Shown here piece after piece: positions 24,359 through 34,867 of a DNA stretch of 37,817 nt (position 1 is its first letter; every line of letters begins with the position of its first letter). The position numbers were made by a program, and so were the translations under genes. The notes under the pieces were generated by a model, which was not told where the DNA came from, searched no databases, and saw only the letters and a list, made by a program, of their open reading frames with translations. Source of the DNA: an uncultured Candidatus Saccharibacteria bacterium (GTDB lineage: Bacteria > Patescibacteriota > WWE3 > CAZQQZ01); assembly GCA_964595755.1 (NCBI GenBank), contig CAZQQZ010000002.1, positions 1 to 37,817 of the forward strand, in the 5' to 3' direction.

Positions 24359-27184
24359 ATGAAAAGCATCCTGCCGAAAAAAATCGCTTTAATCTCCCTC
24401 CTTTTTATTTCTGTAAGCGCTATCGCCATTTCCGGAGTTCTAACCCTTAAGAAGAAAATTCTTCCAGATAAAAGCCAAGCGGCTGAAACATATCCCAAAT
24501 GTCAACATACCACCACCTGTCCAGAAAGAATTGGGACTTCTCCCTCTGGTCTTTACAATAACAACAACACCTTTGAACCAATCATCTATAACATGCACGG
24601 GTTTGGCAATGTTAACTGGCGAGAATGGAAACCAGAGTTTGGTCCAATTGGCGAGTGGTTTTATTTTGGTTGGAGCGAGCTTCAACCAAGTTCAGCTGAT
24701 GATAGCCAATTTACCCCCCTCGAAAACAGGCTCATAAATGTCTGTGGAGACCAGGAATGTTATGTCGAATATCCTCAACAAAATAACGCCAGAACTTATA
24801 AGCCAGTAGCGATTTCCGTGGGAGCGATGTATGAATGTAAGGAAGATTCGCCCCTAAGTATCAACGATCACCTTCTTTGCGACCAAACCCCAAATTGGTT
24901 TTACTCTGGAACAGGAATAACAAGAGTGGAAGTTCCTTTAGTAGAAAACAAAAGCTCCGCAAATTGCCCCGCCCACGCTTATGTGCCACCTTTCGACAAC
25001 AGTGCTTGGCAGCAAGCTTACGCGAATATGGTAACCACCCTCGGGAATAAATATAAAAACGACAGAATTGTGGATTCAGTTTGGATTATGAGTGGTTTTT
25101 ACGGCGAAGCTATCTCCAAAATTTCGTATCGTGATTTTGGCGGGGTCCCCGGGATATGCTATTACGAAACTAACCCGAAATTTGAGCAGTGGGCAAACAC
25201 ATTACCTCAAATCTATCGATCTGCCTTCGGCACAAAACCGATTTTTATGATGATTACTAAGAATGATATGAAGAAGGACCTCATTGAGAATATAATTGCT
25301 AATGGGATCGCCATCAAGACAAACACTCTCGCCCCCGATTCTAACTCAAGTTATCAAACAACTGGACAACTTGGCCTTACCCAACTCATCGAAAAATATA
25401 AAAGAAGCACCCCGATTGCCTACGAACACGCTTATGGGGATAGCGACAGAGACACCTATTGGTCAATACTTTACGCTTTAACTCACGGAGCCTCCTTTAT
25501 CGATCTCGATGGAGATATCGGCGATCGGGATGGGGCGGGCAGTGATTGGGGGGCGGGTGAGCATTTTTTTGGAAGATTAGCCAATGGCGTAATGCCGTGG
25601 GGAGAAAAGCTTTGGGATTTCTACACTCGCCATATAAATCGCGGTCCGGGCAAAGCCCTTCAATCTGATGACGCTTTTATTGTTCTTAGAGATACAATAT
25701 ATCCTTACGAAACAACCGGCGATCGCTCCTATATTTCGGGAGAACCTGGAGATTGGGAATTTCATCTTTATCGACTGGAAAATACCTGTCGGGATACAAC
25801 TTACGCCACTGCTGACATTAAACCAATGGTTAAAAGATCAAACGAAGATGAGTGGTCAGACACTTGTAACGGAATCGCTAACCGAGACGTCGGCGGCGGA
25901 ACTACATATTTAAAAAGCAATCAGGTTGGAGAAGGCGTCATTGGTGGATATGGCGCGAGAAAAATGGTAGACAGCACTCTCTACTTTATGGTTGATCCAA
26001 GCTGGGCGGCGAGGGGATACCCTGATTTTAGTCTTTCTGTTACTTATAAAGGCGGTTCTGGAAGTTTTGGAATCAAATATTGCGATACAGTGGGGCAACA
26101 AAAAACCGCAACTCTTCCAAAAGAAGCGGGGGATTGGGTAACTGGGATCGCTCGTTTAACAGGAGTGGATTTTCGAAAAACCTGTGGCTTAAATGGAGGT
26201 GCGAATTTTGCCATAACAGGAAGTAACGATATTATCCATATGGTCGCCATTGCTCCTGGATTTGATTGGCCGCCAAATCAAGGGCCGGCCCCAAGGCTTT
26301 CCGTTAACCAAAGATCATTTCAGTTTGATCTTGCGGTGGGGGAAGATGCTTCCGAACAAACAGCGGTAATAGGAGGTGACCAAACAAAAGTCATTGACTG
26401 GTCAGCCACGATTTATTCCTCCCAAGATACCTGCGCAAATGCAGGGAAAAACATCAATGTTGAGTTCTCACCGCAAAATGGTAGGACCGATCAATCACGA
26501 ATTTTTATCGTTAATCCGAACACCTCAAGCGTTAGCCAATCCGGAAGTTGCTATAAAACTATTAAAATCACCCCCACGGGAGGGGAAGGATACGAAGATG
26601 TTTCTTCCGTACTTATAAGACTTAATTTTACTTTCACCACACCCAAAAAAGTAAACCCGCAACCTAGGAGCTTAAGTTTTACTGCAAACACAGGAGCAAA
26701 TCCCGCCACGAAAACCCTAACCGTTTCCAAAGATGCCGGCGCGACCGGAGTTGCCTGGGCGGCGACACCAAATACTTCCTGGATTACTGTTTCTTCCGTA
26801 ACGGGAAATTCTTCCTCTCCGACGACGATTACAGTTTCGCTAATTCCGGTTGAGCGCAGCCTAACCGCGGGGACTCACACGGGGAAAATTACTTTTACCT
26901 CAACAGAAGACACCACCATCAGCGAAGAGGTAACTGTCTCTTTAGTCATCGGAAGCGGTACAGGAACGACCGTAAATTTGCACAAAGGTTGGAACAAGGT
27001 TACCTGGTCAAGCGCTTACGGATATTTACGCCCTTCAACCGTGCCAACTACTTGCGTGTTATCAGGAAAATATAGAGGCTGGTTTGGTAACTTTGTCAGA
27101 AACTTTGGGTTAAACATCACCTCTCCCGCCAACGGCGAAGCAATTTATGTAAAATGTACCGGCGACGCCTCTTGGTCAATGTAA
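24359..27184 (+). CDS. large membrane-anchored/secreted hypothetical protein with C-terminal Ig-like (BACON-like) repeats
   Basis: The tracked ORF starts with TTG at 24338. The ATG at 24359 gives MKSILPKKIALISLLFISVSAIAISGVL, a signal or anchor sequence. The C-terminal segments (SLSFTANTGANPATKTLTVS...TSWITVSS...TITVSL) look like Ig-like repeat modules. The central region is unassigned. Confidence 0.72.
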   Translation: MKSILPKKIALISLLFISVSAIAISGVLTLKKKILPDKSQAAETYPKCQHTTTCPERIGTSPSGLYNNNNTFEPIIYNMHGFGNVNWREWKPEFGPIGEWFYFGWSELQPSSADDSQFTPLENRLINVCGDQECYVEYPQQNNARTYKPVAISVGAMYECKEDSPLSINDHLLCDQTPNWFYSGTGITRVEVPLVENKSSANCPAHAYVPPFDNSAWQQAYANMVTTLGNKYKNDRIVDSVWIMSGFYGEAISKISYRDFGGVPGICYYETNPKFEQWANTLPQIYRSAFGTKPIFMMITKNDMKKDLIENIIANGIAIKTNTLAPDSNSSYQTTGQLGLTQLIEKYKRSTPIAYEHAYGDSDRDTYWSILYALTHGASFIDLDGDIGDRDGAGSDWGAGEHFFGRLANGVMPWGEKLWDFYTRHINRGPGKALQSDDAFIVLRDTIYPYETTGDRSYISGEPGDWEFHLYRLENTCRDTTYATADIKPMVKRSNEDEWSDTCNGIANRDVGGGTTYLKSNQVGEGVIGGYGARKMVDSTLYFMVDPSWAARGYPDFSLSVTYKGGSGSFGIKYCDTVGQQKTATLPKEAGDWVTGIARLTGVDFRKTCGLNGGANFAITGSNDIIHMVAIAPGFDWPPNQGPAPRLSVNQRSFQFDLAVGEDASEQTAVIGGDQTKVIDWSATIYSSQDTCANAGKNINVEFSPQNGRTDQSRIFIVNPNTSSVSQSGSCYKTIKITPTGGEGYEDVSSVLIRLNFTFTTPKKVNPQPRSLSFTANTGANPATKTLTVSKDAGATGVAWAATPNTSWITVSSVTGNSSSPTTITVSLIPVERSLTAGTHTGKITFTSTEDTTISEEVTVSLVIGSGTGTTVNLHKGWNKVTWSSAYGYLRPSTVPTTCVLSGKYRGWFGNFVRNFGLNITSPANGEAIYVKCTGDASWSM

Positions 27185-27188
27185 TAAA

Positions 27189-27266
27189 TTAAACATTAAG
27201 CACTTTGTCTAGTTTACCATTCATGATATCTTCCAAATTGGACGTTCGGAGTACCTCGCTACCAAT
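27189..27266 (-). pseudogene. relic 3' end (25 codons plus stop) of a second class-I release-factor gene
   Basis: The minus strand encodes IGSEVLRTSNLEDIMNGKLDKVLNV*. The adjacent RF gene ends ...SWYNLEEVINGKLDKVLGV*. Thirteen of the last 16 residues are identical, with many synonymous nucleotide differences. Confidence 0.55.
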
Positions 27267-27293
27267 TTAGAGTCCTTTGATTTGCAAGCAAGC

Positions 27294-28016
27294 TCAAACA
27301 CCTAAGACCTTATCGAGCTTTCCATTTATTACCTCCTCTAAATTGTACCAGGATTTGTTAATGCGGTGGTCAGTCAAACGGTTTTGGGGAAAATTGTAGG
27401 TTTTTATCTTTTCGCTTCTATCACCACTACCGATTTGATCAGCCCTTAATCCATCAATTGTGCCTTTTTGCTGATCCTGCATCATTTGATAAAGTTTCGC
27501 TTTCAAAATCTCCGTTGCTTTTTTGCGATTTTGCTCTTGAAATCTCTGCTCTTGGCAAGTAACCATAAGCCCTGTCGGGATGTGTAAAATCCTAACCGCC
27601 GTTTCCACCTTTTGCACATTCTGCCCGCCTTTTGAAGAGGAACGGTAAGCTTCAAACTTTAAATCTTGTGGTTTAATCTCAATTTCTACCGGAGAGGAGG
27701 CGGGAAGAACAGAAACAGTCGCGGTTGAGGTATGAATTCGTCCGCTCCGCTCGGTTTCGGGAACTCTTTGGACGCGATGAACTCCCGATTCGTTTTTTAG
27801 TAATTTAAAAGCGTTAAAGCCCTCTATTTCAACCGTGACTGATTTTAAATTTCCAACTCCGCCGTGAGCTTCTTCTAAGATTGAAAACTTCCAGCCTTTA
27901 GAACTAGCATATCTTTGATACATTCTTAAAAGATCAAACGCAAAGATGCCGGCCTCATCTCCGCCAGTGCCCGGTCTAATTTCCAAAATTGCTTTATTTG
28001 GGTTTGTTTCAATCAT
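27294..28016 (-). CDS. prfA: peptide chain release factor 1 homolog lacking the N-terminal domain 1
   Basis: The ORF is 240 aa, whereas typical RF1 is about 360 aa. It has RVQRVPETERSGRIHTS (PxT-type RF1 anticodon motif) and a GGQ motif (SSKGGQNVQKVETAVRI). It starts at the equivalent of the ILEIRxGTGGDEA segment. Confidence 0.85.
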   Translation of the reverse strand: MIETNPNKAILEIRPGTGGDEAGIFAFDLLRMYQRYASSKGWKFSILEEAHGGVGNLKSVTVEIEGFNAFKLLKNESGVHRVQRVPETERSGRIHTSTATVSVLPASSPVEIEIKPQDLKFEAYRSSSKGGQNVQKVETAVRILHIPTGLMVTCQEQRFQEQNRKKATEILKAKLYQMMQDQQKGTIDGLRADQIGSGDRSEKIKTYNFPQNRLTDHRINKSWYNLEEVINGKLDKVLGV

Positions 28017-28029
28017 GGGTCGAGGAAAA

Positions 28030-28341
28030 TCATTTAGCTTCCGTAAGCATTTCTTTAAGGGTTCTTGGCCCGCCCTTTTCCCCTTGTTGATTCTTTTTCT
28101 TTTCGCTAACTTTTTCCGATTTGATTTTTTGGCTGGCTTTAGCCGCTTCCATTTTCTTAACGAATTTATCCACCCTTCTTTCTGTGTCCAAGAAACGCTG
28201 AGTTCCAGTGTAAAATGGGTGACATTTTGAGCAAACGGCGATTTTAATTTCGGGAACAGTAGAACCGACGGTAAATGTGTTACCGCAAGCGCAAGTGACC
28301 ACCGAATCTTTATACCATTTTGGGTGAATGTCTTTCTTCAT
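28030..28341 (-). CDS. rpmE: 50S ribosomal protein L31 (Zn-binding type) with a Lys-rich C-terminal extension of about 35 aa
   Basis: The ORF has [15 protein letters not shown]...[10 protein letters not shown], and then the tail [30 protein letters not shown]... Confidence 0.9.
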   Translation of the reverse strand: MKKDIHPKWYKDSVVTCACGNTFTVGSTVPEIKIAVCSKCHPFYTGTQRFLDTERRVDKFVKKMEAAKASQKIKSEKVSEKKKNQQGEKGGPRTLKEMLTEAK

Positions 28342-28417
28342 AGTGACGTTTAGTATTGTATCACAAGCGAAAAGCGCCGTCTAGTCAGCGGTATTACTTT
28401 ATGATAAATTGATTTTA

Positions 28418-29095
28418 ATGGAAATAAAATATCTTGGCCATTCCGCTTTTATAATAAAAACTAAAGAAATCACTATCATCATTGACCCATTTGACCCCGA
28501 AATGGTGGGGGAAAAGTGGGAAAAGCAACCTGCGGACTTAGTCCTTATAACCCACGACCACAAGGATCATAATTATATTGAAGGGATTGAAGGCTCAGAA
28601 AAACCGGAAAATACTATCCCGACAGATTTTCACCGTCCTTTTGTGATAAAAAGCCAAGGAGAGTATGAAGTTTCCGGCGTCCACATATTTGGCTTTTCCG
28701 CCTTCCATGACGGCAAGGGCGGGGCAATCAGGGGAAAGACGACAATTTATCGGATCGAAGCGGACGGCTTCGCTCTCGTCCATCTTGGCGACCTTGGCCA
28801 CAAACTCACCCCCGAACAAGTTGAGGAAATCGGATCGGTTGATATCTTGATGATTCCGGTTGGAGGAAAAGTAACCATCGATCCGGAAATCGCGACGGAA
28901 ATTATTGCGGAGCTTTCTCCCGCTTTTGTCCTTCCCTGCCACTATAAAACGGAAAAATCAAAAATGAGTGATCTATTAGAAGTGTCCAATTTCTTAAAAG
29001 CGATCGGGGGAGAACCGCTCTCGATGGATAAGCTCAATCTAAAAACCCGCGAAGATATACCGGCCGATACCAAAGTTGCCCTTCTAAAAATCTAA
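28418..29095 (+). CDS. MBL-fold metal-dependent hydrolase (UPF0173-like)
   Basis: The tracked ORF starts with TTG at 28409. The ATG at 28418 gives MEIKYLGHSAF. An LITHDHKDH (HxHxDH) motif is present. Confidence 0.8.
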   Translation: MEIKYLGHSAFIIKTKEITIIIDPFDPEMVGEKWEKQPADLVLITHDHKDHNYIEGIEGSEKPENTIPTDFHRPFVIKSQGEYEVSGVHIFGFSAFHDGKGGAIRGKTTIYRIEADGFALVHLGDLGHKLTPEQVEEIGSVDILMIPVGGKVTIDPEIATEIIAELSPAFVLPCHYKTEKSKMSDLLEVSNFLKAIGGEPLSMDKLNLKTREDIPADTKVALLKI

Positions 29096-29097
29096 AT

Positions 29098-30417
29098 ATG
29101 GCAGAAAGACTCCCTCCGCAAAATGTTGACGCCGAGAGATCGGTTCTCGGAGCGCTTCTTATCGACAAAGACGCGATTGTGAAAATCGCCGAGTTTTTGT
29201 CCCCAAAACATTTTTATAACAACAACCACGGATTAATCTATCAGGCGGCCATCAGTCTTTTTGAAAAAGGGCGGCCGATTGATATGGTCACCGTTCCGGC
29301 GGAGCTCAAAAAGGGACGGGCCCTAGAAAGAATTGGGGGAATTTCATACCTTGCGGAACTTGCCAGTTCTATCCCTACCTCTGCTCATATAGAAAGTTAT
29401 GGCTATATGATTAAGGATTCTTGGACCAAAAGAGAACTTATTTCCGTTTCTACAGAAACGGCCGAATCCGGGTTTGACGAATCGACAGATGTTCATGATC
29501 TTCTCGATAAGGCGGAACAAAGCCTTTTTTCGATTGCCCAGGAAGGAATGCGCACCGATTTTGTCCCGATCAAAAAAACCTTGGAAGAATCTTTTGATCG
29601 AATTGAGGAGCTTCATAAAACCGCCGGTAAAGGTTTAAGAGGCGTTCCTACAGGATTTACTAACTTAGATAGTAAACTCTCTGGCCTTCAAAATTCAAAT
29701 TTGATAATTCTGGCCGCCAGACCGTCCGTTGGTAAATCGTCTCTTGCCACCAATATCGCTCAATTTGCCGCCTCCCATCACAAAATTCCGGTCGGTTTAT
29801 TTTCCTTGGAAATGAGTCGGGAGCAACTTATAGACCGTATGCTTTCTGCCCAGGCGGACGTTGACTCATGGAAAATTACCACCGGAAATTTAGAGGATGA
29901 AGATTTTCAAAAATTAGGGCAGGCGATGGGTGAGCTTGCCGAAGCGCCGATTTACATTGACGATACGCCGGGAGCTTCGGTGATGGAAATTCGGGCCAAA
30001 GCAAGAAGACTTAAAATGGACAAAAATGTCGGCCTAATTATCGTTGATTATTTGCAGTTAGTGCGAGGCCGCGGACTGGACAATCGAGTTCAAGAAGTTT
30101 CAGAAATTTCGATGGCGCTTAAAAATATTGCCCGGGAACTTAAAATTCCGGTAGTTGCTTGCTCGCAACTTTCCCGCGCCGTCGAAACCAGAGGTAGTCC
30201 AAAACCGCAATTATCAGATTTGAGGGAGTCGGGCTCCATTGAACAAGATGCTGATTTGGTAATGTTTCTTTACCGACCAGATGAGGAAGATCGATCCAAT
30301 GTCATGCTCTCAATTGCCAAGCACCGAAACGGTCCAACGGCAGAAATTGGACTGTTCTTCCGTGGTGACCGGGTGCGCTTCTTCGAGGCAGAAAATAGGC
30401 AAGAGTCAAACGAATAG
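29098..30417 (+). CDS. dnaB: replicative DNA helicase
   Basis: This is a 439-aa ORF with PPQNVDAERSVLGALL, a Walker A motif (ARPSVGKSS), IIVDYLQL and SQLSR. Confidence 0.93.
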   Translation: MAERLPPQNVDAERSVLGALLIDKDAIVKIAEFLSPKHFYNNNHGLIYQAAISLFEKGRPIDMVTVPAELKKGRALERIGGISYLAELASSIPTSAHIESYGYMIKDSWTKRELISVSTETAESGFDESTDVHDLLDKAEQSLFSIAQEGMRTDFVPIKKTLEESFDRIEELHKTAGKGLRGVPTGFTNLDSKLSGLQNSNLIILAARPSVGKSSLATNIAQFAASHHKIPVGLFSLEMSREQLIDRMLSAQADVDSWKITTGNLEDEDFQKLGQAMGELAEAPIYIDDTPGASVMEIRAKARRLKMDKNVGLIIVDYLQLVRGRGLDNRVQEVSEISMALKNIARELKIPVVACSQLSRAVETRGSPKPQLSDLRESGSIEQDADLVMFLYRPDEEDRSNVMLSIAKHRNGPTAEIGLFFRGDRVRFFEAENRQESNE

Positions 30418-30434
30418 AAAAAGAGGAAAGAAAA

Positions 30435-30466
30435 AGAACTCGGTTCAAAAGATCGAATCGAGTTCT
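30435..30466. terminator. bidirectional intrinsic terminator between the convergent dnaB and NYN genes
   Basis: A 12-bp stem (AGAACTCGGTTC/GAATCGAGTTCT, one G-U pair) has the loop AAAAGATC. It is flanked by AAAAA upstream and TTTGTTG downstream. Confidence 0.65.
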
Positions 30467-30481
30467 TTGTTGTGTGGGAGT

Positions 30482-31084
30482 TCACCACGACCGGTGGCCT
30501 ACATGCGTCGGAGTAACAGGCCTTCCTCTAGAAGCTGACCTCAAGCAGGTAACTTGCTTGGCGAGATCGTCAAGAAAAACAATCCTGGCACCACTCATTC
30601 GCAAATCCCGAGAGAGTCCATACTGGGACGACAAAACGACTACCCGCTTTCCTCGCTCTAGCAGAAATTTTACGCAGGGAAGAAAATCACCGTCGCCGGA
30701 TATTAGTACAGCGGTATCGAACTTATCGGCAAGTTCGACCGCATCCATCATAATCCGACTATCGAGATTCCCCTTACGCTGCCCATCGCTGAACGTCCTC
30801 GTTTCAATCCGCACGATTTTAAATCCCAGAGATTCTAGTACTCTGAAAAACTGCTCCACCCCGGAAGTGTAGTCTCTAGCAGTATAGTAGCGAAGAAAGG
30901 CTACTCGCCCTAAAGACTCCAAAAACACCTTTAGTTTTTGAAAGTCTATCCCACGATGAGCGTCCTCGGTTCCCCCCAATCGTTCAGGCATTCGCGCCGC
31001 ATTCGCCCCATCCACAAACACGCCAACTTGTCCACAATGATCAACAAGCTCAGCCAACCCCACGGTTAACATTTCCCTCTCCAT
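30482..31084 (-). CDS. NYN-domain (LabA/DUF88-like) protein, putative RNase
   Basis: This is a 200-aa ORF with VGVFVDGANA, NLDSRIMMDAVELA and VLISGDGDFLPCV. The exact start and the reality of the C-terminal tail are uncertain. Confidence 0.75.
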   Translation of the reverse strand: MEREMLTVGLAELVDHCGQVGVFVDGANAARMPERLGGTEDAHRGIDFQKLKVFLESLGRVAFLRYYTARDYTSGVEQFFRVLESLGFKIVRIETRTFSDGQRKGNLDSRIMMDAVELADKFDTAVLISGDGDFLPCVKFLLERGKRVVVLSSQYGLSRDLRMSGARIVFLDDLAKQVTCLRSASRGRPVTPTHVGHRSW

Positions 31085-31225
31085 TCTGATTTATCGTATT
31101 TTGGAAATTGTAGCACACTTATGCAAAATTTGTAGTCGCGTCACCAGCCTCGTGGCTAGGCGGGTCCTATGGCGCCAATTTTTCTCTTGAAGTCCGTCCC
31201 TCTAAAATATTCCGCTAAAAAAGAA

Positions 31226-31267
31226 ATATAACAATTTTATATGCGATCGCATACTAATTTGTTATAT
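31226..31267. promoter_or_regulatory. nested palindrome in the divergent NYN/holB intergenic region
   Basis: The outer arms are ATATAACAATT (31226..31236) and AATTTGTTATAT (31256..31267). They enclose a perfect 14-bp palindrome, TATGCGATCGCATA (31240..31253). Confidence 0.45.
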
Positions 31268-31308
31268 AAAAATTCCCCAAAAATAAGAGATGGTGATAAA
31301 CTACATTT

Positions 31309-31983
31309 ATGCACTCAATAGTAATCTCTGGCGGAAACCAGAAAAAAAGACACGGAGAAGCTTTAAAAATTGGCGAGTTGCCAGAGACCTCCCCCGATCT
31401 TAAAATAATTGCTCTTAAAGAAGAAAAAAGAACGATTAGTATTAGCGAAATTAGAGAGCTACAAAAATTTCTAAATCTAAAACCATTTCAAGAGAAAGAA
31501 AAAATTGGAATAATTTTGGAAGCTCAAAATCTAACCGAGGAAGCTCAAAATGCCCTGCTAAAAACCTTGGAAGAACCACCAGAACACTCAAGGATAATCT
31601 TAACCACTGATAATTTTCAAAAACTCCTGCCCACGGTAATCTCAAGGTGTGAGAAAGTAAAACTTCCCCCGATAATTACTTTGGAAAGTGAAGCTAGTAA
31701 AAAGATCGCCCAAGATTTTGTAACTTTGTTAGAAAAAAACATCGGGGAAAGATTAGCCTGGGTGGAGGAAAATAAAGAAAATGCCAAAGACCAAGGAGAA
31801 ATTTTAAAAATTCTTGCCATTTGGGAGAGCACTCTTAGAAATTTAATGCTTAAGAATTTATCTGCGGAGGACCTGAACGAAAAAATAGAAAAAATCAAAA
31901 AAATCGGAGAAACGAGAAGGGAACTAACAGAAACGAGCGTTAATCCAAGAATTGCTTTTGAGGCCCTATTAATCTCCCTTTAA
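31309..31983 (+). CDS. holB: DNA polymerase III delta-prime subunit (short form)
   Basis: This is a 224-aa ORF with EAQNALLKTLEEPPEHSRIILTT and TVISRC. Confidence 0.8.
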   Translation: MHSIVISGGNQKKRHGEALKIGELPETSPDLKIIALKEEKRTISISEIRELQKFLNLKPFQEKEKIGIILEAQNLTEEAQNALLKTLEEPPEHSRIILTTDNFQKLLPTVISRCEKVKLPPIITLESEASKKIAQDFVTLLEKNIGERLAWVEENKENAKDQGEILKILAIWESTLRNLMLKNLSAEDLNEKIEKIKKIGETRRELTETSVNPRIAFEALLISL

Positions 31984-32004
31984 ATCTGCTAAAATGGCGT
32001 TATT

Positions 32005-32559
32005 ATGGACAACAATCACAAAAACGCTGCCTCCGCCTATGGATCTGACTACCTCACTTCCGCTAGAGAAGTCGCCAAAAAAAGAGGGCTAAACATAAAA
32101 ATTGTCAGTTTTACCGAAGATAATGAGAGATTAATTTTTTCTTTAGAAAAAGGGGTGACCCCCGGTCTTGAAGAACTGGCCGATGACTTAAAAACTCTTT
32201 TTGGCAGGCAAATAAATTTTCAAGAAGCGAGTTCCAGGGATAAAGCCGCCGCGATTGGTGGAATCGGTCCCTGTGGTCAAATTCTCTGTTGTAAAAAGTG
32301 GCTTCAGAAACCAATTAATGTTCCCGTTAAAATTCTGGCCGAAGAAAATCTAACCGGAAACCCGGTCGGCTATACTGGCGCTTGCGGAAATTTGATGTGC
32401 TGTCTGACTTACGAAAATGCCAATTTTAAATGTCCGGCAAGGGACCACCTAACCCCGGAAATGAAGGGTGAAAGCGTGGCTGCTACCACAATAACCACCG
32501 AAAATAAACCAAAAGAAGAACATCGGAAAAAAATCCGTAGGTTGATACTTAAGAGGTAA
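32005..32559 (+). CDS. yaaT: PSP1-domain protein (YaaT/RicT-like)
   Basis: This is a 184-aa ORF with the Cys motifs CGQILCC and CGNLMCC. Its position after holB matches the conserved position seen in Firmicutes. Confidence 0.78.
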   Translation: MDNNHKNAASAYGSDYLTSAREVAKKRGLNIKIVSFTEDNERLIFSLEKGVTPGLEELADDLKTLFGRQINFQEASSRDKAAAIGGIGPCGQILCCKKWLQKPINVPVKILAEENLTGNPVGYTGACGNLMCCLTYENANFKCPARDHLTPEMKGESVAATTITTENKPKEEHRKKIRRLILKR

Positions 32560-34590
<2,031 letters not shown>

Positions 34591-34751
34591 GAACAGTTCA
34601 AGAACGCCCTTAAGAATATGCTCACCAAACCACAAAAGCGCCTGCGCACTATTCAGACGCGTTTTATGGTTTATATAATACAAAAAGATCAACATATCCT
34701 AAGGCGACGTTACTGCCGTACACGGCCAAACTATCGCCGTTTATGGCGTAG

Positions 34752-34787
34752 TTACTTCTTTTTGCTCTTCTTCTTCTTTCTGGCCAC
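34752..34787 (-). CDS. candidate 11-codon Lys-rich micro-ORF (MARKKKKSKKK) behind a perfect SD
   Basis: On the minus strand AAGGAGGTGAT (34803..34793) is followed by 6 nt and then GTG GCC AGA AAG AAG AAG AAG AGC AAA AAG AAG TAA (8 nt from the GGAGGT core, the same SD-to-start distance as at the pilin gene). After that comes the hairpin GGCGA...GCCG-TGTA-CGGC...TCGCC. There is no evidence for a protein product. Confidence 0.3.
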   Translation of the reverse strand: MARKKKKSKKK

Positions 34788-34838
34788 AGAGTATCACCTC
34801 CTTCTTAATAAAAATAAACAAAAATCTGATTAAGCATC

Positions 34839-34867
34839 AAAAAAAGCCCTCAAAAACTGCCTGAGGG
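34839..34867 (-). terminator. rho-independent terminator on the minus strand within the gyrB-gyrA spacer
   Basis: The minus strand reads CCCTCA GGCAGTTTT TGAGGG C TTTTTTT. Confidence 0.6.

Noticed and set aside
28014-28032. A programmed frameshift or fusion joining L31 to the release factor, by analogy with prfB +1 frameshifting.
   Set aside because: The frames differ by one nucleotide, but there is no CUU-UGA-C-like slippery site or internal SD. The L31 tail is also far too short to encode RF domain 1.
34791-34803. Plus-strand ATCACCTCCTT interpreted as the 3' end of a 16S rRNA gene.
   Set aside because: Nothing upstream resembles 16S (there is no ...CTGCGGYTGGATCACCTCCTT context or helix 45). 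It is better explained as a perfect SD on the opposite strand.
34618-34833. The tracked 71-aa plus-strand ORF in the gyrB-gyrA spacer.
   Set aside because: Its translation is low-complexity (Arg-rich followed by an FFLLFFFF run), it has no start context, and it lies antisense to much stronger minus-strand signals (SD, micro-ORF and hairpin).
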